A program made the translations under genes and the position numbers. A DNA stretch of 63,055 nt, counting the filler, from Reticulomyxa filosa (lineage: Eukaryota; Protista; Foraminifera): NCBI GenBank assembly GCA_000512085.1. It is 20 parts of 20 records of this genome, joined end to end, with 100 filler letters (N's around TTAATTAATTAA, not from the genome) between each part and the next. Parts side by side here need not be neighbours in the genome. Positions count along the whole stretch, not along the records: positions 38,039 to 39,954 come from ASPP01010224.1; positions 40,055 to 41,997 come from ASPP01023859.1; positions 42,098 to 50,172 come from ASPP01009773.1; positions 50,273 to 56,251 come from ASPP01009383.1; 16 more parts are not named here. The stretch is one strand, 5' to 3'. Positions 38,880-52,479 of this stretch are shown here, one piece after another; position 1 is the stretch's first letter; the number at the start of each line of letters is the position of its first letter. The notes below the pieces were generated by a model. It made no database searches. It was not told where the DNA came from and saw only the letters and a list, made by a program, of their open reading frames with translations.

Positions 38880-39954
38880 TAGTCTGACACCTTTACGCCC
38901 TCCCGGTTGGATAATGCCGAATCTTGTATCACAATCCTGCTGCACCAAGTCCTGGTTCTGTAAATATCACTACATTGTCTTGTTGTGATCGGTTTTCCAG
39001 ATTAGTCAGATTGTGATCAGGAAACTTTTTGCTCATTCGGATACATTTTTGGTACAATTTTACTTCTTGCCGTCTGCACAACTCCAAAGGGGGAGTCTGT
39101 GAAATGATATTCGCAGTGCTGTTCATCACTCCGAGTATCGAGTCGACGCTTGTGACATTCTGCAGAGTTGTTGGTCGAATGATTGATTTATAAAGCATGT
39201 TGTACGCTGAGACGAATGACAGATACCCAAGTTTCCTGTCTGCTTTTCGTACATGCAGTTGTATGTTGTCGATACGATGATTAATTCTAAGTATTTGACC
39301 TGGTATCTTCTTTTACTTTAGATATAGTTCCATCTTCGGATATTTGTTCTTTTTCCTGAAAGTAATACATTGTGTCTTATCTGCAGCCAAAATGAGTTTC
39401 CATTTCGATGCCCACAGACTGTAATGACTCCAACTGTACCTCCATTTCCTTCTCATTGGAAGTCCACAATGTGATATCCCACACTGTATTGGATTCTGAA
39501 TCACTTGGGCTATATCATTGATGTATAGCAAGAATAAAAGAGGTGATAGTGATGATCCCTGTGGGACTCCAGTTTCAAATAACCTCTGGGTTGAGCTGAC
39601 TCCGTTCAACATACTCTTTCTTTCATAAAACTATCGAGCCACCAATATAACCTTCAATTGATGTCAACATGTCGCAATGAATATGTTGATGAATCACTGT
39701 TGTAAATCGTTAATATATAATAGGAACAATATTGGGGATAAAGCAGATCCTTGGGGAACACCAGTATTGAATTCCATCCATTCTGAATTTGTTCCATTCA
39801 ATACTACTCTTCCAAGTCGATCTGACAAGAAGCTGTCAATCCACCAATACAATCTTCCATCTAATTTAAATTCATTTCTCATTTCATCTCAATCCATTCT
39901 CCAAACACTGTCTGAGCCTTTGTTTTCGAAGTGTTGAAGTCTCATAAAATATTG
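38880..39954 (-). mobile_element. Non-LTR retrotransposon RT / RNase H remnants (two RT pieces in tandem)
   Basis: 'GVPQGSALSPILFLLYINDL' (39694-39882) and 'GVPQGSSLSPLLFLLYINDI...WASKWKL...DKTQCITF' (39313-39612), then 'LYKSIIRP' and an RNase H-like start 'VIFT(..)EPGLGAAGL'. Many lesions. Confidence 0.9.
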
Positions 39955-40054
39955 NNNNNNNNNNNNNNNNNNNNNNNNNNNNNNNNNNNNNNNNNNNNTT
40001 AATTAATTAANNNNNNNNNNNNNNNNNNNNNNNNNNNNNNNNNNNNNNNNNNNN

Positions 40055-41865
40055 TTTCACTTCTTCACCTTTTTTCACAAATACATCGAAACAATTACGA
40101 ACATACTCTTTGTTGTCAATATCACTAATATATTTGTGTTTATTGATATAATCTTCATCGATTCCGTGGGATCGAGCTTTTTCGATTGAAATGCCACAAT
40201 CAACTCCATAAGTGTATTTGACAATTCTGGAAGTGATGAAAGAAGGGATTCTTGATAATTGAGCAGCTCCTTCAATTACTGATAAAATGGGTCTTTCAGG
40301 AATTATAAATTTGTATTTTGATTCGTATTTCTGTTTGAGTTTGTGTTGTAAATAGCGAGATTGACTAAATCCACCCACCAAACACACATATTTCAATTTT
40401 TCATTCAATATCTTTTCATTTTCATTCAACATTTTATCCATTTTTTTTATTATTTCATCAATTCTCAAATCAAACAATTCCATCCATAATTCATTAGAAA
40501 GATACAAGTTAGTACCATTGTAAGAATGCCTATACATTTAAATTGTTTTTAGTACAATGCCTCCCTCCCTTTTGTCTTTTGATTAAAAAAAAAGTTAGCA
40601 GATCCGAACCCGTATTTCTGACGATATTTTTTGGTGGAATTAATTTTTCAAAGTCATGTCTCGTGTTATTCATGAAATCACAAAATGCTTGTGGGACTTG
40701 AATCTCACTTGTTCCAGTTGTTTTTTATTTCGGAAAAAACAACATTTACCTTTTTCGATGTTGAACAACAATTCCAAGTACTCAGACCGATGTTCCTTTT
40801 GAAATGTTTGCATGTTATCTTCTCCGAAAAACTCATCAAATATTTTGATAATATCTTGATCAATATAAGAACTTCCCCAAGGCCCTCCAAAGGAGGCAAT
40901 CATTTCCCTCACTTCAAGTGGTCCAGTAATTGCATGACACACCATATCAGCAGTCCCTGCTCCCAAATCCATCACCATGTAACAATCCCCTGTTTGAAGT
41001 TCATTTTGTGTATCTTTTATCTCAAGCATCATAGCAATACTTGCACATTCGGGCTCCAGTGCAATAATCAATTGATCAGGGATGGAGGGACTCCATAAAT
41101 TAGCTTGTTGGGCCCATTGTTTCATTAATCCTTTTGCCTTTTCATCCCAAATTGCTGGCACTGTTAGCACCCATTGAATATCTTTCTCTTGGATTCCCAA
41201 TTTCATGTTTTTGGAGTATTCCATGACCTCTTCTTTGCACCATTGCAGAGTTCCCACAAAAATAATATCAGCTTTAACTTTGACAGTGCTCGTCGATTTC
41301 AATTCAGGGTTGACAACGTTGGTGACCGTCGACTGAACGTTATCTTTCGAGTCACTTTGGTCCACATTTTAGGTTTTTTCCCAAAGCATCTGTTCAGAAT
41401 ATTGTGTGTACGAGATATATTTTTAGCGAGATCATCATTATTTTATGTATACACATATATAATTTGTATGCAATAAAATACTATATAGAGCCATTTTGAA
41501 GTTGTCGACTAAATGATAAATCTCGTTATCATTGTTGAGCATGAATCTATTTGTTTGTCAAATTATTGTCATTACAATTTTGGAGTTATTTTGAAAAAAT
41601 GGAGTGACAACATTCATTTAGAAATTATTTTTTTTATAATTGTTTTGTTTGCACCTATTCCAAGCTTGATTCCCAAATGCAATCGCTTTATTCTCGTGAT
41701 CCAACAAAACAGCACTTTTCGTTTTCTCAATCGTCTTGCTGTGTCTTTCTTTGTAATCGCATTGTCTTGTTAGTCTGGGTGCATCCCAGTCCTTTGAGTG
41801 AACTGCAATTGCAATTCCATGCGTCCCAAAATCGATTGCAACCGTATACTTGAACCTATTTCCAT
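40055..41865 (-). CDS. HSPA12-like atypical Hsp70 (multi-exon, 3' truncated)
   Basis: Motifs 'VAIDFGTHG', 'WVLTVPAIWD', 'IALEPECASI', 'MDLGAGTAD', 'GGPWGSSYID', 'LVGGFSQSRYL' and 'SRIVKYTYG'. One A-run frameshift near 40720. Confidence 0.88.
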
Positions 41866-42097
41866 TTTTATTAGTCTTTCTTTTTTTAATCTTTTGATCA
41901 CAAAGTTTTTATTGTCGTAATTTTTATTTGTCTTTGTTTTTTTTTCTTTAAGTTAGACGGACTAGTTCTCAACTTTTCTGTTGGTTCCATTTAACACNNN
42001 NNNNNNNNNNNNNNNNNNNNNNNNNNNNNNNNNNNNNNNNNTTAATTAATTAANNNNNNNNNNNNNNNNNNNNNNNNNNNNNNNNNNNNNNNNNNNN

Positions 42098-42126
<29 letters not shown>

Positions 42127-42129
<3 letters not shown>

Positions 42130-43394
42130 CGTCAAAGAAATTGAAAGTATGTGGAAGGAGAACACTTCGGATATAAATACAAGAAAACAACGAATGATTG
42201 AACAATCAAACCAATTATTAGATAATTTTAAAAAGAATAATTTGCAATTTCAAATTGGCTCCAATATTTTTAATTTTGTTTTTGATTTTCAATCAGTTTG
42301 TCATTTAATCCAATCATTTGGTGATGTTACTGAATTGCTATCAAATCATTGGAGCTTATGGTTGAACGTAAATCCATAAATTCAGTTATATTGAAGTGGA
42401 CTGATACAAATAGCCCAGATGAAAACGGAAAAATAAGTGGAGATGAATTTGTGATTGAATTTCGAGAAGACAAGAAAAATGACGATGAAAAGGAGGAGGG
42501 AGAACATTCCTGTGTATCAGTTTATTTGAAAAATATGAAAGATAAACATGGGAATATCGTATTGACAATTTGAAAAATGGAGCCAAATATCTCTTTCGAA
42601 TTGCACCAAAAAATTCGGCTATCACACAAGCTGCTCTCACATTCTCCGATTTTGTCACTTTTTCAATGTCTTTGTCTTTACTGACTTTTGATACAAGCCG
42701 AATCAAACATTTAAACAACGCTGTCTTAGAAGATAATACTTTGATTCGTGTCCTTACAGCTGGTTATGTCAGTGTATCTTTGCCAAAGGTCAATGAAGTA
42801 AAGCAAGGTACACATTGTTGGCGATTTAAAGTTACTTTTTTCTCTTGATTTCTTGTTGTTTCAATATTTTGATTTATGATATCTTGTCGTAACTATTTCA
42901 GATGAACAATAACAATAATTATATCGGCTGGATACTACTTGCTATGGCAGTTTCAGATAAAGAATTTCCAGCGTGTTCTTTCGATCAAACAGGATGTGCG
43001 TGTGTGTTTTATTACATTGGTAATGGTGTTTCACTTTGTTTTTGTTTCTATTTTCAAAAAATACAGTATTTGGTTACAGTGGACAAAATCGGTATGCGTA
43101 CAACGAATCCAAATATGGTGGTGTGAGCAGTGAGTTGATATGGAATGAAAAGAAAGAATTTACAGTAGATATGTATGTGAACATGGAAACAAGGAATTGA
43201 AGTGGAAGGAAACGACAGAAAATGGTGAAGGGAAGGAATACAAACTCAAAGATTCCACCAATTTTAGCAAGTATAATGTACCTTTTGTCCCACATGTCAA
43301 CCTTTATCAAGAGGGTACAACAATTCAAATTATCAAAATTCCAGTAGAAATTTATGGAATTAGATTTTCTGAAACACATAAAGTGTTTAAGTAA
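42127..43394 (+). pseudogene. Coiled-coil-FN3-SPRY-like (TRIM-like C-terminus) gene with several frameshifts
   Basis: FN3 part: 'SINSVILKW...FVIEF...YRIDNLKNGAKYLFRIAPKN'. SPRY-like part: 'GTHCWRFK...GWILLA...TVDMYVNME...FVPHVNLY'. The frame breaks at ~42350, ~42550 and ~43195. Confidence 0.6.
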
Positions 43395-45038
43395 ATTTAT
43401 TTTGCAAATTTCATTAATTAATTTTCACGATAATATTTCGAACTTCTTTTATTTATGTTTTTCTTTTTCTCAAAGATATCATCATAATTCATTTTGGATA
43501 TCCAAAAAACAAGATTGCAATGCTTGCAATCCAGTGAAAAATCAACACTAGTCGAACATTTGTGTTGTCCATATATCATTTGTATTTCTAGTCCCGAATC
43601 GAATTGTTTTGTGAACTTCAAGAACATGTCTGAAATTATAACAATATAAGTCAGTTAAGCAGGCATTCAACTTGGAAATATAGTGTATGATGCATATGTA
43701 CTTTCAGCAAAAAAATGCTGTTATTATTTCCAACAATACTGATATTTCTCGCGATATTCTACGAACATGTCGTACGAAAATATAACATCATGTTTGAATA
43801 ATGTGCCTTTATGCGCCGGTATATTGGAAAATTAATTCGGTTATTCCCGTTGTGATCTAGAATATTTAAAAATATTACCTAGATATTTTGTGCGACCATA
43901 ATAAAAATAATCATTTTTTGTTTTTTTACATAATCTTCTTTATTATTTCGATTAACAGTATTACTATCTTATTTGATTGATCATCACAAAATTGAATTTT
44001 AAACAAACCAAACAAATAGTTTATCTATCCGATGAATTTAGCCTTAAAATCCAGTTTTAATTAAAGTGTGATTGTTCAGGAAAATTTGAATTTCTTTTCG
44101 TTCGTGTCGATCATGTTTGAAGTATACCCTCTTTAAGTTTGATTATTATCTCATAAATCACTTTAAAAAGATAATTTGTTAAATTTTTTTTTTTTGGAAG
44201 CGTCAAAAAACATTATCGCGAAATCTTAAGGACACTCTTAATTTGTAAAGGGAAAATAATTGACTAAAAAACTAGCTTTTGGTGAACGTTCGCATCTTTT
44301 ACAATTGCAACAATATTAAATTCGCCACAAAAGAAAAATCTTTTTCTTCATTTTACTGTATTTCTTATTTCGGAAAATCGCAACGTTCTACAAAACACGT
44401 CATATTTTTTTGATATAATAGATTGACTATAGTGTGCTTACGTATTTGAAAAAACAACTTCACATAGCGAAAGCCCCTTTTTTTCTAAAATTTAGTTGTA
44501 CTTGTGTGTTTTTTCGATATAAAATAAAACTACTTGCAATTTTATTTTGTTTTAGACAAGATCTCAGCAATGAACATAGAAAATTTTATCTTTTTTTGCA
44601 TATATCTGCAAAATATTTCAAACGATCTGTTTAACTGAATACGCAACCTATCAAATTTTGATTTTTTACTGAAAAAAATTTGCTCATTTATAATGCCAAT
44701 GATAGATCATTACAACATTTTTATTTGATATGCAAATTTAAGAAAATGAACAAATACTTTAAAATAAATAAAAAAGATTTTTAAATTGTATCGCACCAAT
44801 CATGCTTAAAATTGATGACTCTTTTTCCCCTGGATCAGGACTCCCAGGCCTTGAACAGAAAGAAGCAATGAGATGCATAAGATATAATTACAAGCTCGCT
44901 TATGTGAGGAAGTTGAAAATGTCGTTATGCACAACTTGTGTACCCGGTACAAACCTTAGTACACTACCCTTTTTTTGAGATTACGCTGGAGTCAAATTGT
45001 GATTTTATTTCCTCTTAAGTGTATAAGAGCAAAAAAAA

Positions 45039-46195
45039 ATGGATATCAACGTCACAAATTTGGTCATTAGTGTGTTATGCTGTGCCTTCACTTCTGTGGT
45101 GTGCATTCCCTTGGTGGTGTACTACACGTATCACTATTACAACTTAAGACACTTGCAACCATTTCGGAGACGGCAGCCATTGTTACTTGTGAGTGTAAGC
45201 GTAGCGGGAATACTGTTTGCTTTGAACATGCAGGCATATTTAATGTTGTATGGATTGAATTGGGATAAGACACACCAAAGACTAATCGAGATCATGTTTT
45301 TCCAAGGGCAAGGCCCGGTATTACTATACCTTCTGGTTGAATTCTTTTTAATTCGAATAGGCCTCATTGTATTTGAAATGAAGTACACCACATACTCATT
45401 CCGAGAAAAATGGAAATCTTACGTCACAACGAATAGTGATCAAGAGGTATCCAACTGGTATATTCGTTGGTTCCCAAAACTCCGGTCATTATCATGGATG
45501 GCAGTATACGTATTTTTCCCGACATACATCAGTGCCATTTTGTTCACATGTATACGTATACGTATACATATATGTATATGTACGTATATATTTATATTTA
45601 TATAACATGGAATGCTTTCCTTTACAATATAGTTTGTTATAGTTTGGATAGGGGAAAGAGTAGGGAAAAATAAAAATAAAAATAGAGGAGAATCATTTTT
45701 ACTGCAAGGTGACGTTGGAGCTGCGTTTGTTGGAGTTCCAACAGGATTCTACCTTTGCATAGGGATGACGTTTGCATGTATGATTCCCAAATATAAAGAT
45801 TATTTTGAAGTGCACGAGGAGTTGACGATGATACTCAAACTCGCGTCGGTGAACGTCGTAACGTACTTGTTAACGTATGCGATATTTGATTCGTGGGTTG
45901 GCCCCTTTACACGTGTTCTTTTGTTTTCACTCAGCTACTTTGTGACTTTTTTTTTTACTATGATTAAATCAACGTGGTGGGTTATGCGCAAGTATTATTC
46001 GTCCATTGAAAATCATTTGCGCGCGAACAACACACACATTGCAGGTTTGTTTCTACAGTCCAAACCGGTGTCACGTCCTTTAACCGTGGAGCCTCTTGAT
46101 TTCTATTACGTTTTGAAGGATCCAAAAGGGTTCGAATTATTTATGGAGCATCTATTCTCGGGTTACGTATGCGTGTACATTGTACGTATACGTTA

Positions 46196-46226
<31 letters not shown>

Positions 46227-46737
46227 TGACATAGCAAAGTACTCACTATTGTTTACTCTTGAGGTGTTACCAAATAATAAAACAGAGTTTTCGTCAGAAA
46301 ATTTGTTATGTTTTTTGGAACTGAGCCAATTCCGCCAAATGGTGAAATCCAAATATGAAAGGGACAAAGTGGAAGTAACTGATCCTTTGAGTAATCGTTT
46401 TGTGCTGAGTGATCAGTTGCCTCAGTCATCGATTGTACACAATGACCATTGGGACAATGAACAAAAGGCTGTCGCGTTGATTGAAAAATATATCGCCGTA
46501 GGGGCGCAATACGAAGTTAATATTTCTTATGATATGAGAATGAACTTTCTGACACTTCTTCGAGGCAGGACTCTGCAGATCAATCCTTTCACTCTCATGT
46601 CTTCTTCCGAATTAATTTTTTTATTTGATCCGGTGTTAAAGGATATCTTCCAGTTGATGAGAGACTCTTATTCTCGATTTTTGCTCACTAATGCATATTC
46701 CAAATATGCCGAATATACTAAACAACTTAATCCTTAA
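45039..46737 (+). CDS. 7TM-RGS receptor-GAP protein (3 exons)
   Basis: About seven hydrophobic helices with 'FRRRQP' after TM1 and 'KDYFEVHEEL' before TM6. RGS box: 'YVLKDPKGFELFMEHLFS/EFSSENLLCFLELSQF...IEKYIAVGAQYEVNISYDMR...LFDPVLKDIFQLMRDSYSRF'. Confidence 0.9.
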
Positions 46738-47106
46738 ACCCACTTGATCTTTTCTGGATTAAATACACAAATATTTGCTTTTGCCATTTAATTAGTTCGC
46801 GTTTTCGAAGAAATGTTTAATTTTTGTTTTTATAAGTGCTTTTGTTTCACTTTGTTAGTATTCATTTACTTTTTTTTTTTGTTTACTGTAATGTAATCTT
46901 GCAAAAAAGTGTGATAAACTAAGTTTTACTTTCATTTGTAATATTAAGAATGAAGAAAAGATTAAAAATCAAACAACAGCAATTTAAAAACTTTCAGAAA
47001 GCACACAAAAGTTTAGTAGTTGTTTTTTTTTTTTGTAAGCGAACAAGTGAAAAAAAAAAGTCTTCAAAAAATTTGTTTTTATTCGTTTTGAGAAACTAAA
47101 AAAAAT

Positions 47107-48166
47107 ATGAGCAGCTTGGCAAATTTCAGTTTAGAAGAATTATTGAATGAAGCCCAACGTCGAGTGAACTGCGCAAGAGCGACATGGCGAGGCGTTGTTT
47201 TAGTTGGCCCCCCAGGATCTGGTACGGCGTGAAATATAAGAGACATAGGGGGTAAGAAAAATAGCAATTTTAAAAAAAGGAAAATAAGATTTAAAAACAG
47301 TGAGGATATATGTGTATGTCCCCGGGATCGCAAATAGGCAAAGGAAGCCAAGCGCCAAAATTGAAGGATGAATTTTGCCTGTGTCACATATCCACCGGCG
47401 ACGCGCTGAGAAGCGCAGTTGCACAAGGAACGGAATTGGGAAAAAAAGCGAAAGCAATAATGGAAAAGGGTGAACTTGTCTCAGACGACCTCGTTAATGG
47501 AATTGTGGGAGAGGCTATTGATTCTCCACAATGTGCCAAAGGATTCATTTTGGATGGTTATCCTCGAACAGTGTCCCAAGCCCAAGCTGTTGAGCAATTG
47601 ACGTTTGTCACTCAAAAATAAAATAAAATTGTTGCGTACCTTTTTTTTTTTTTTTTTTTTGCATATAACAAAAAAGTTGGAAAGGATGCTGAAAGAAAAA
47701 AAAAAGACATTGAACGATGTAGTGCAATTGGATGTTCCGGACAGCATTCTTGAAGAACGGGTTACTGGAAGACGTGTTCATAAGGTATCGGGGCGCACTT
47801 ATCATACCAAATTCGCTCCTCCGAAACATGAAGGAAAAGATGACGTTTCGTATATTTATTTTATTTTGTTTTGTTTTGTTTTGTTGAATGGCCTCGCCGA
47901 AACTAATAAGGTAATATTGTTAAACATTCATCAGAATGGTTGTTTAAACACAGGTGACAGGTGAGCCTTTGATCCAACGCCAAGATGATACCTCCGAAGT
48001 ATTAAAGCCGAGGCTAGTGGAATATCACAAACATGCCACCCCTGTACTTGAATTCTACAAACATCAAGGGCTGGTACGTAAAGTTGATGCTAATGACAAA
48101 TTTGAAGTTGTTTGGGGAAGAATTCGATCAGGCATAACTGTAAACAATGAAACACCCAAAAAGTAA
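47107..48166 (+). CDS. adk: Adenylate kinase (AK2-like, long LID; 4 exons)
   Basis: '[14 protein letters not shown]', 'HISTGDALR', 'GELVSDDLV', '[10 protein letters not shown]', '[16 protein letters not shown]' and '[11 protein letters not shown]', with three GT-AG introns. Confidence 0.96.
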
Positions 48167-48955
48167 ATTCTCCCTTCCCCTTTTTTTTTTGTTGACTAAA
48201 GCAAACTTTTTGTTCCGTTTCACGTTTGAGTCACAATACTAATCCTTACTGAAAACTAAAAAAAGCTTTCCCTCTGTAATGCTCATCAATAAGCGAAGAG
48301 GAAGAAAAAAACTTGTTGATCAAATATCAACAATATAACCTTATCTTCTTGTTATCAAAGGTTGGATGTAAACTTTTGCATCAAAAACAACTAACACTTT
48401 TGTTTTGCGACCAAGAGATTTTGGAAATTTCCAAAACTCAGAAATTTCTCAAATTTTTTTTTGCTATTTATTTGTTGATTATTTTGTATCAAAAAAAGTT
48501 AAAAATATTATTTGATCGACAAATGAGAATGCTTCACCCCCTTTTTACAAGATGTGTAACCAAGGCTAATGATTTCATTTGACTGTTGTTTTCTTTTTTC
48601 TAAATGAATAAGTGAACAATTTATTGTTATTGATGTTTTTTCGCTCTTGAAAAAAATGTTTTGTTATAACCAAACAACAAAAATAAAAGCTTAATACCAT
48701 AACAAGAAAAAAAGCATTGCTGTTGGGAAAACGATTGGTTGTTCAATGTGAGCTTCGTGCAATGTTAAGTTCAATGAAACGACACAAAAAACACCATCAA
48801 ATACAACTCAAGGAGCAAAGAAAAAAAAAAGCAGAGGAAAAAAGAAGAAACCAAACAACAATGGATGAAATAGAGGAGAAAATACTGTGCTTTCTTAATT
48901 CTACAATAAAAAAAAAAAGAAAAAGCACAAAATATGGGTTTTGTGCTTCGAATGT

Positions 48956-50000
48956 TCATGTTTGGCTAAGCAGTTTATCTCTTGCTTTCAAAATAACCAT
49001 TCTGTGAACATTTTTGGTGATGTCTATTTCCTGCAACATTTTATCGTCCAACAATTGTAAAATCCCGCCATCAATACCTTGTTATTTTTAATCCAAATGT
49101 TACATGATTCGTGAATATGTTGAGTTTTTTTGTGTAGAATGTATAGTGCACACACAATGTGTGTACATTCATATACATATATGTATACATACATATGTAC
49201 ATATATATGTTTAGTTGTATGTAGTGATAAAAGAAGGAATTGACAACAAAAAAAAAAAAAGGAGAAATGACCATTTTTATCAAAGGCAGTAGCATAGGCA
49301 ATAAAGGCATCCCCCAAAGACGAGACCCAACGAATACAATCCTGTTTCGTCCATTCAGCAATTGGAAGAGGGGGAATAGTTACCGAAGGAGCAGAAGCAT
49401 TTGTCAAAGGTGTCTGTGAAACTGTAAAGTGAAATGTGTTTTCGTGTGCGGTCGGCGTTGTTATACTTCTGTGTTCGGTGCCGGAGAAAGACTCGGCAAT
49501 GACTATTGTTGTGACAGTATTTGCAGTAGGTGTGCCAGTCGCAACAGGTGCGGATGCCCCTGAAACTATTGCATTGTTGGGTATTGCAGTTGTATTCGCA
49601 CTTGCATTGGTGTTGACATTAGTATTAACATTGGCATTAGCATTGATGTTGGCATTGGCATTGTTAGTATTGGCGTTTGCATGAGCATTTATACTTGCAT
49701 TTGTATTTGCATTTACATTTGCATTTGAATTTGCGTGTACATTTGCACTTGCATTCGTATTGGAATGGCTGTGAGGATTAAGAGAAAGAGGTTGTGTTTG
49801 AGTATGAGCAGATGTAGTGTTGGCGATCGCATGTGATTTGACATCATTGACCAACTCTTGCGAGTTTACTTTTTCGACCAAAAATCGCCCCAATTGGTGG
49901 GACGCATCCCCTGGAGCATCTTCGTCGAAGCGAGATTCTGACTGGCTAAACTCTTCTTGAATTATATCTGAAGAATGTTCGATATCATTCCTATTCATCC
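48956..50000 (-). CDS. SAM-domain protein, C-terminal part, with an Asn/Ala-rich linker
   Basis: 'IAEWTKQDCIRWVSSLGDAFIAYATAFDKNG/IDGGILQLLDDKMLQEIDITKNVHRMVILKARDKL' across the intron at ~49078-49271. Confidence 0.85.
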
Positions 50001-50278
50001 TACTTTCGCTCTATGCGCATATACATATGCATATATGTATGTACATATATACATATATTTATATACATATATGCATATAATGTGTATATCTAACAATATA
50101 AATCTGTCACAAAAGAAACAAAACAAACAAAAAAAAAAAAAAAAATCAAACTTGAGACATTCTTGAGATTTTNNNNNNNNNNNNNNNNNNNNNNNNNNNN
50201 NNNNNNNNNNNNNNNNTTAATTAATTAANNNNNNNNNNNNNNNNNNNNNNNNNNNNNNNNNNNNNNNNNNNNTTTTTA

Positions 50279-51752
50279 CGTGATTGGAGAAACTGCAAAG
50301 AGAATGTGCTTATTTTCTGTCGTCTTTTCGTTGGTCTTTACTCTGCCATTGCTTTATTTTGTTGCGTTAACAAACAAACAAATCCAACAAATATACACCA
50401 CTTTTTTCCCCTCTCCTCTTTATCATGAGAGGTCTTTCTTTTGGTTGGGTGAGAGATATCTCTCACCCAATACTAAAAAAAAAAAAAGAAAGGTTGTTTG
50501 TATATATAATTCTAAAAAAAAAAAAACGAAAATCAACCCAACAACAACAACAACAACAACAATAATAATAATAACACAAATAGCTGTTTGAACGAATAAT
50601 TGCGCCATTCGTCGGATCACAGCAACGACACAGTATTGTCTTTTATAATCGAAATACTATTTTGCAGCGCAGGCTGTGCCAATTTGATCGTTTGGTATAG
50701 CAATTACATGTACAATGAGCCCTTGGACAAGCTGTGGGACAAAGCCTTGCACTTGAATCCGATTGACGAGTATTACGAACACTACATGCAAAGTCACAAT
50801 GGCGCAGGCGATGGCTATGTGGCTCCCAAAATGGCGGACGGCATTACAGCGCAAAGCAATGTGCAAGGTGATGGTAGTGTTGTCGTCGCTACTACTGCAA
50901 AAAAAAAAGCTGCTGCAGTCACTGCCACCACTGCCGATACACAGAGAACAATAACAATAGGGGGACAGATGTTCCCAAGAACGACGGATGGCCATGGGAT
51001 CCGTACTAATGAAGATGACAGTCTCGAGTTGAGTATTGGCAATTTCACCTCGAATTATGTGGAGCTGCGCAAGCGCAATGACCAGGATGACAATCACAGC
51101 GAAGTGGATGTCAACGATACGTATGGCAACAGCAGTGATAGTGACATGGATACACACAATGCCAAGATCAGATCGAAGAGAAGGGAACAAGGTCGCCGAT
51201 CGAAAAACGAAGAGGATAAACATACTTCAAAGATCGACTTTACTTCATGGAGAAATACTCTTTGGAAGGGTACACAGATCTTCAATTCGAAGGAGTCCGG
51301 GACTAAGAAAAACTATCTCGACGAATCCACACATAATAATCCACAAGGTCGCGGACAGAACGATAAAAATGTGTCGCAGTTCGAACCGGTTAAAGACAGA
51401 GACAGAGACAGAGACACTAAACGCTCTTCGAAAAAAATCCCATCTTACATCCTTTGACGATACTCGCACTGATATGGTCGCTCATTCCCATTTGCAAGAC
51501 CAGGGCAATCCACATGCACATGGACACAAACACGACCAACAAACAAAGAACATTCCTTCCGCTCTTATAAATAATCATGCTTGGGTAAATGATGTTACTG
51601 CTCCGAGACAAAATGAACTTCCTAAGACTGATCTATTGCACTCGCCAACCATACCTTCGATGAGCGAAAATATTTTTCATCCGAGACCAGTCGAGGATGA
51701 TGTTGAGGAATATGAGCTGTTCACTCAAGAGTCTCAAGCCGAGCGTGAGTAA
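50279..51752 (+). CDS. GPCR-like membrane protein, 3' part (TM6-TM7 and a long disordered tail)
   Basis: 'TAKRMCLFSVVFSLVFTLPLL' is TM6-like; after an intron, 'LSFIIEILFCSAGCANLIVWY' is TM7-like. A hydrophilic tail follows, with an A-run frameshift at ~51431-51437. Confidence 0.5.
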
Positions 51753-52479
51753 ATTTTTTTTTCTTTTTTTTGGATGTGATACCGTATTTTTTTTTTTTTT
51801 AATGTACAATTGAAAACCGATGAAAATATAAAAAGGTTATATTTGTTGTTTGACATTTGGGATAGTCCATTCAACAAACTTTTTTTGCATTGTTGTAACA
51901 TATATTGCTATTAATTCATGACATCTAAAATAGCACCTTAGAAGATAAACAATTCTCAATGAAAAAACAACAAAAGTCTTCATTAAAGAATTTATCTTAA
52001 ATGGCATTTATGGCATACCATAGATTGTTGACAAAATTTTAAGACGGCACAACAACATGTGTAGTAATGCGTGAAATCATTTTATCTTACAATCTTTGTA
52101 AAATTTGAAATTTCTTTGTTCCGATCAAAAAGTGATGGAATATCATACAGTCTTGGCTTGATCGAATTATTAAACTACACATCCAGACAAAGACACTGAA
52201 AATTTTTGAAGTTCTTAGACCTTTAGATTTTTTCACCAATTTTTGTGTTCCTTTTTAAGTCTCTTTGTTATTAAATTTTTTATTGGCAATATTTTTGTCT
52301 TAACAAATAGTTATTTGTTTTTAATTTGGACAACACTTTGTTGGGCCAATGAGTATCATTTTGTAAAACAAGTATGTTGTCTTCGCTTGTAAAGAGCCGT
52401 CGCACTGCTACCTGAGTTAGATACGTCTTAGTTGATGTCGTATCGACTCCCGCCGACGGCAAATAAAATCAATTTGAAA

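Noticed and set aside
16824-51752. Apparent clustering of G-protein signalling genes as a locus
   Set aside because: The genes lie on different contigs separated by artificial spacers, so no physical linkage can be inferred.
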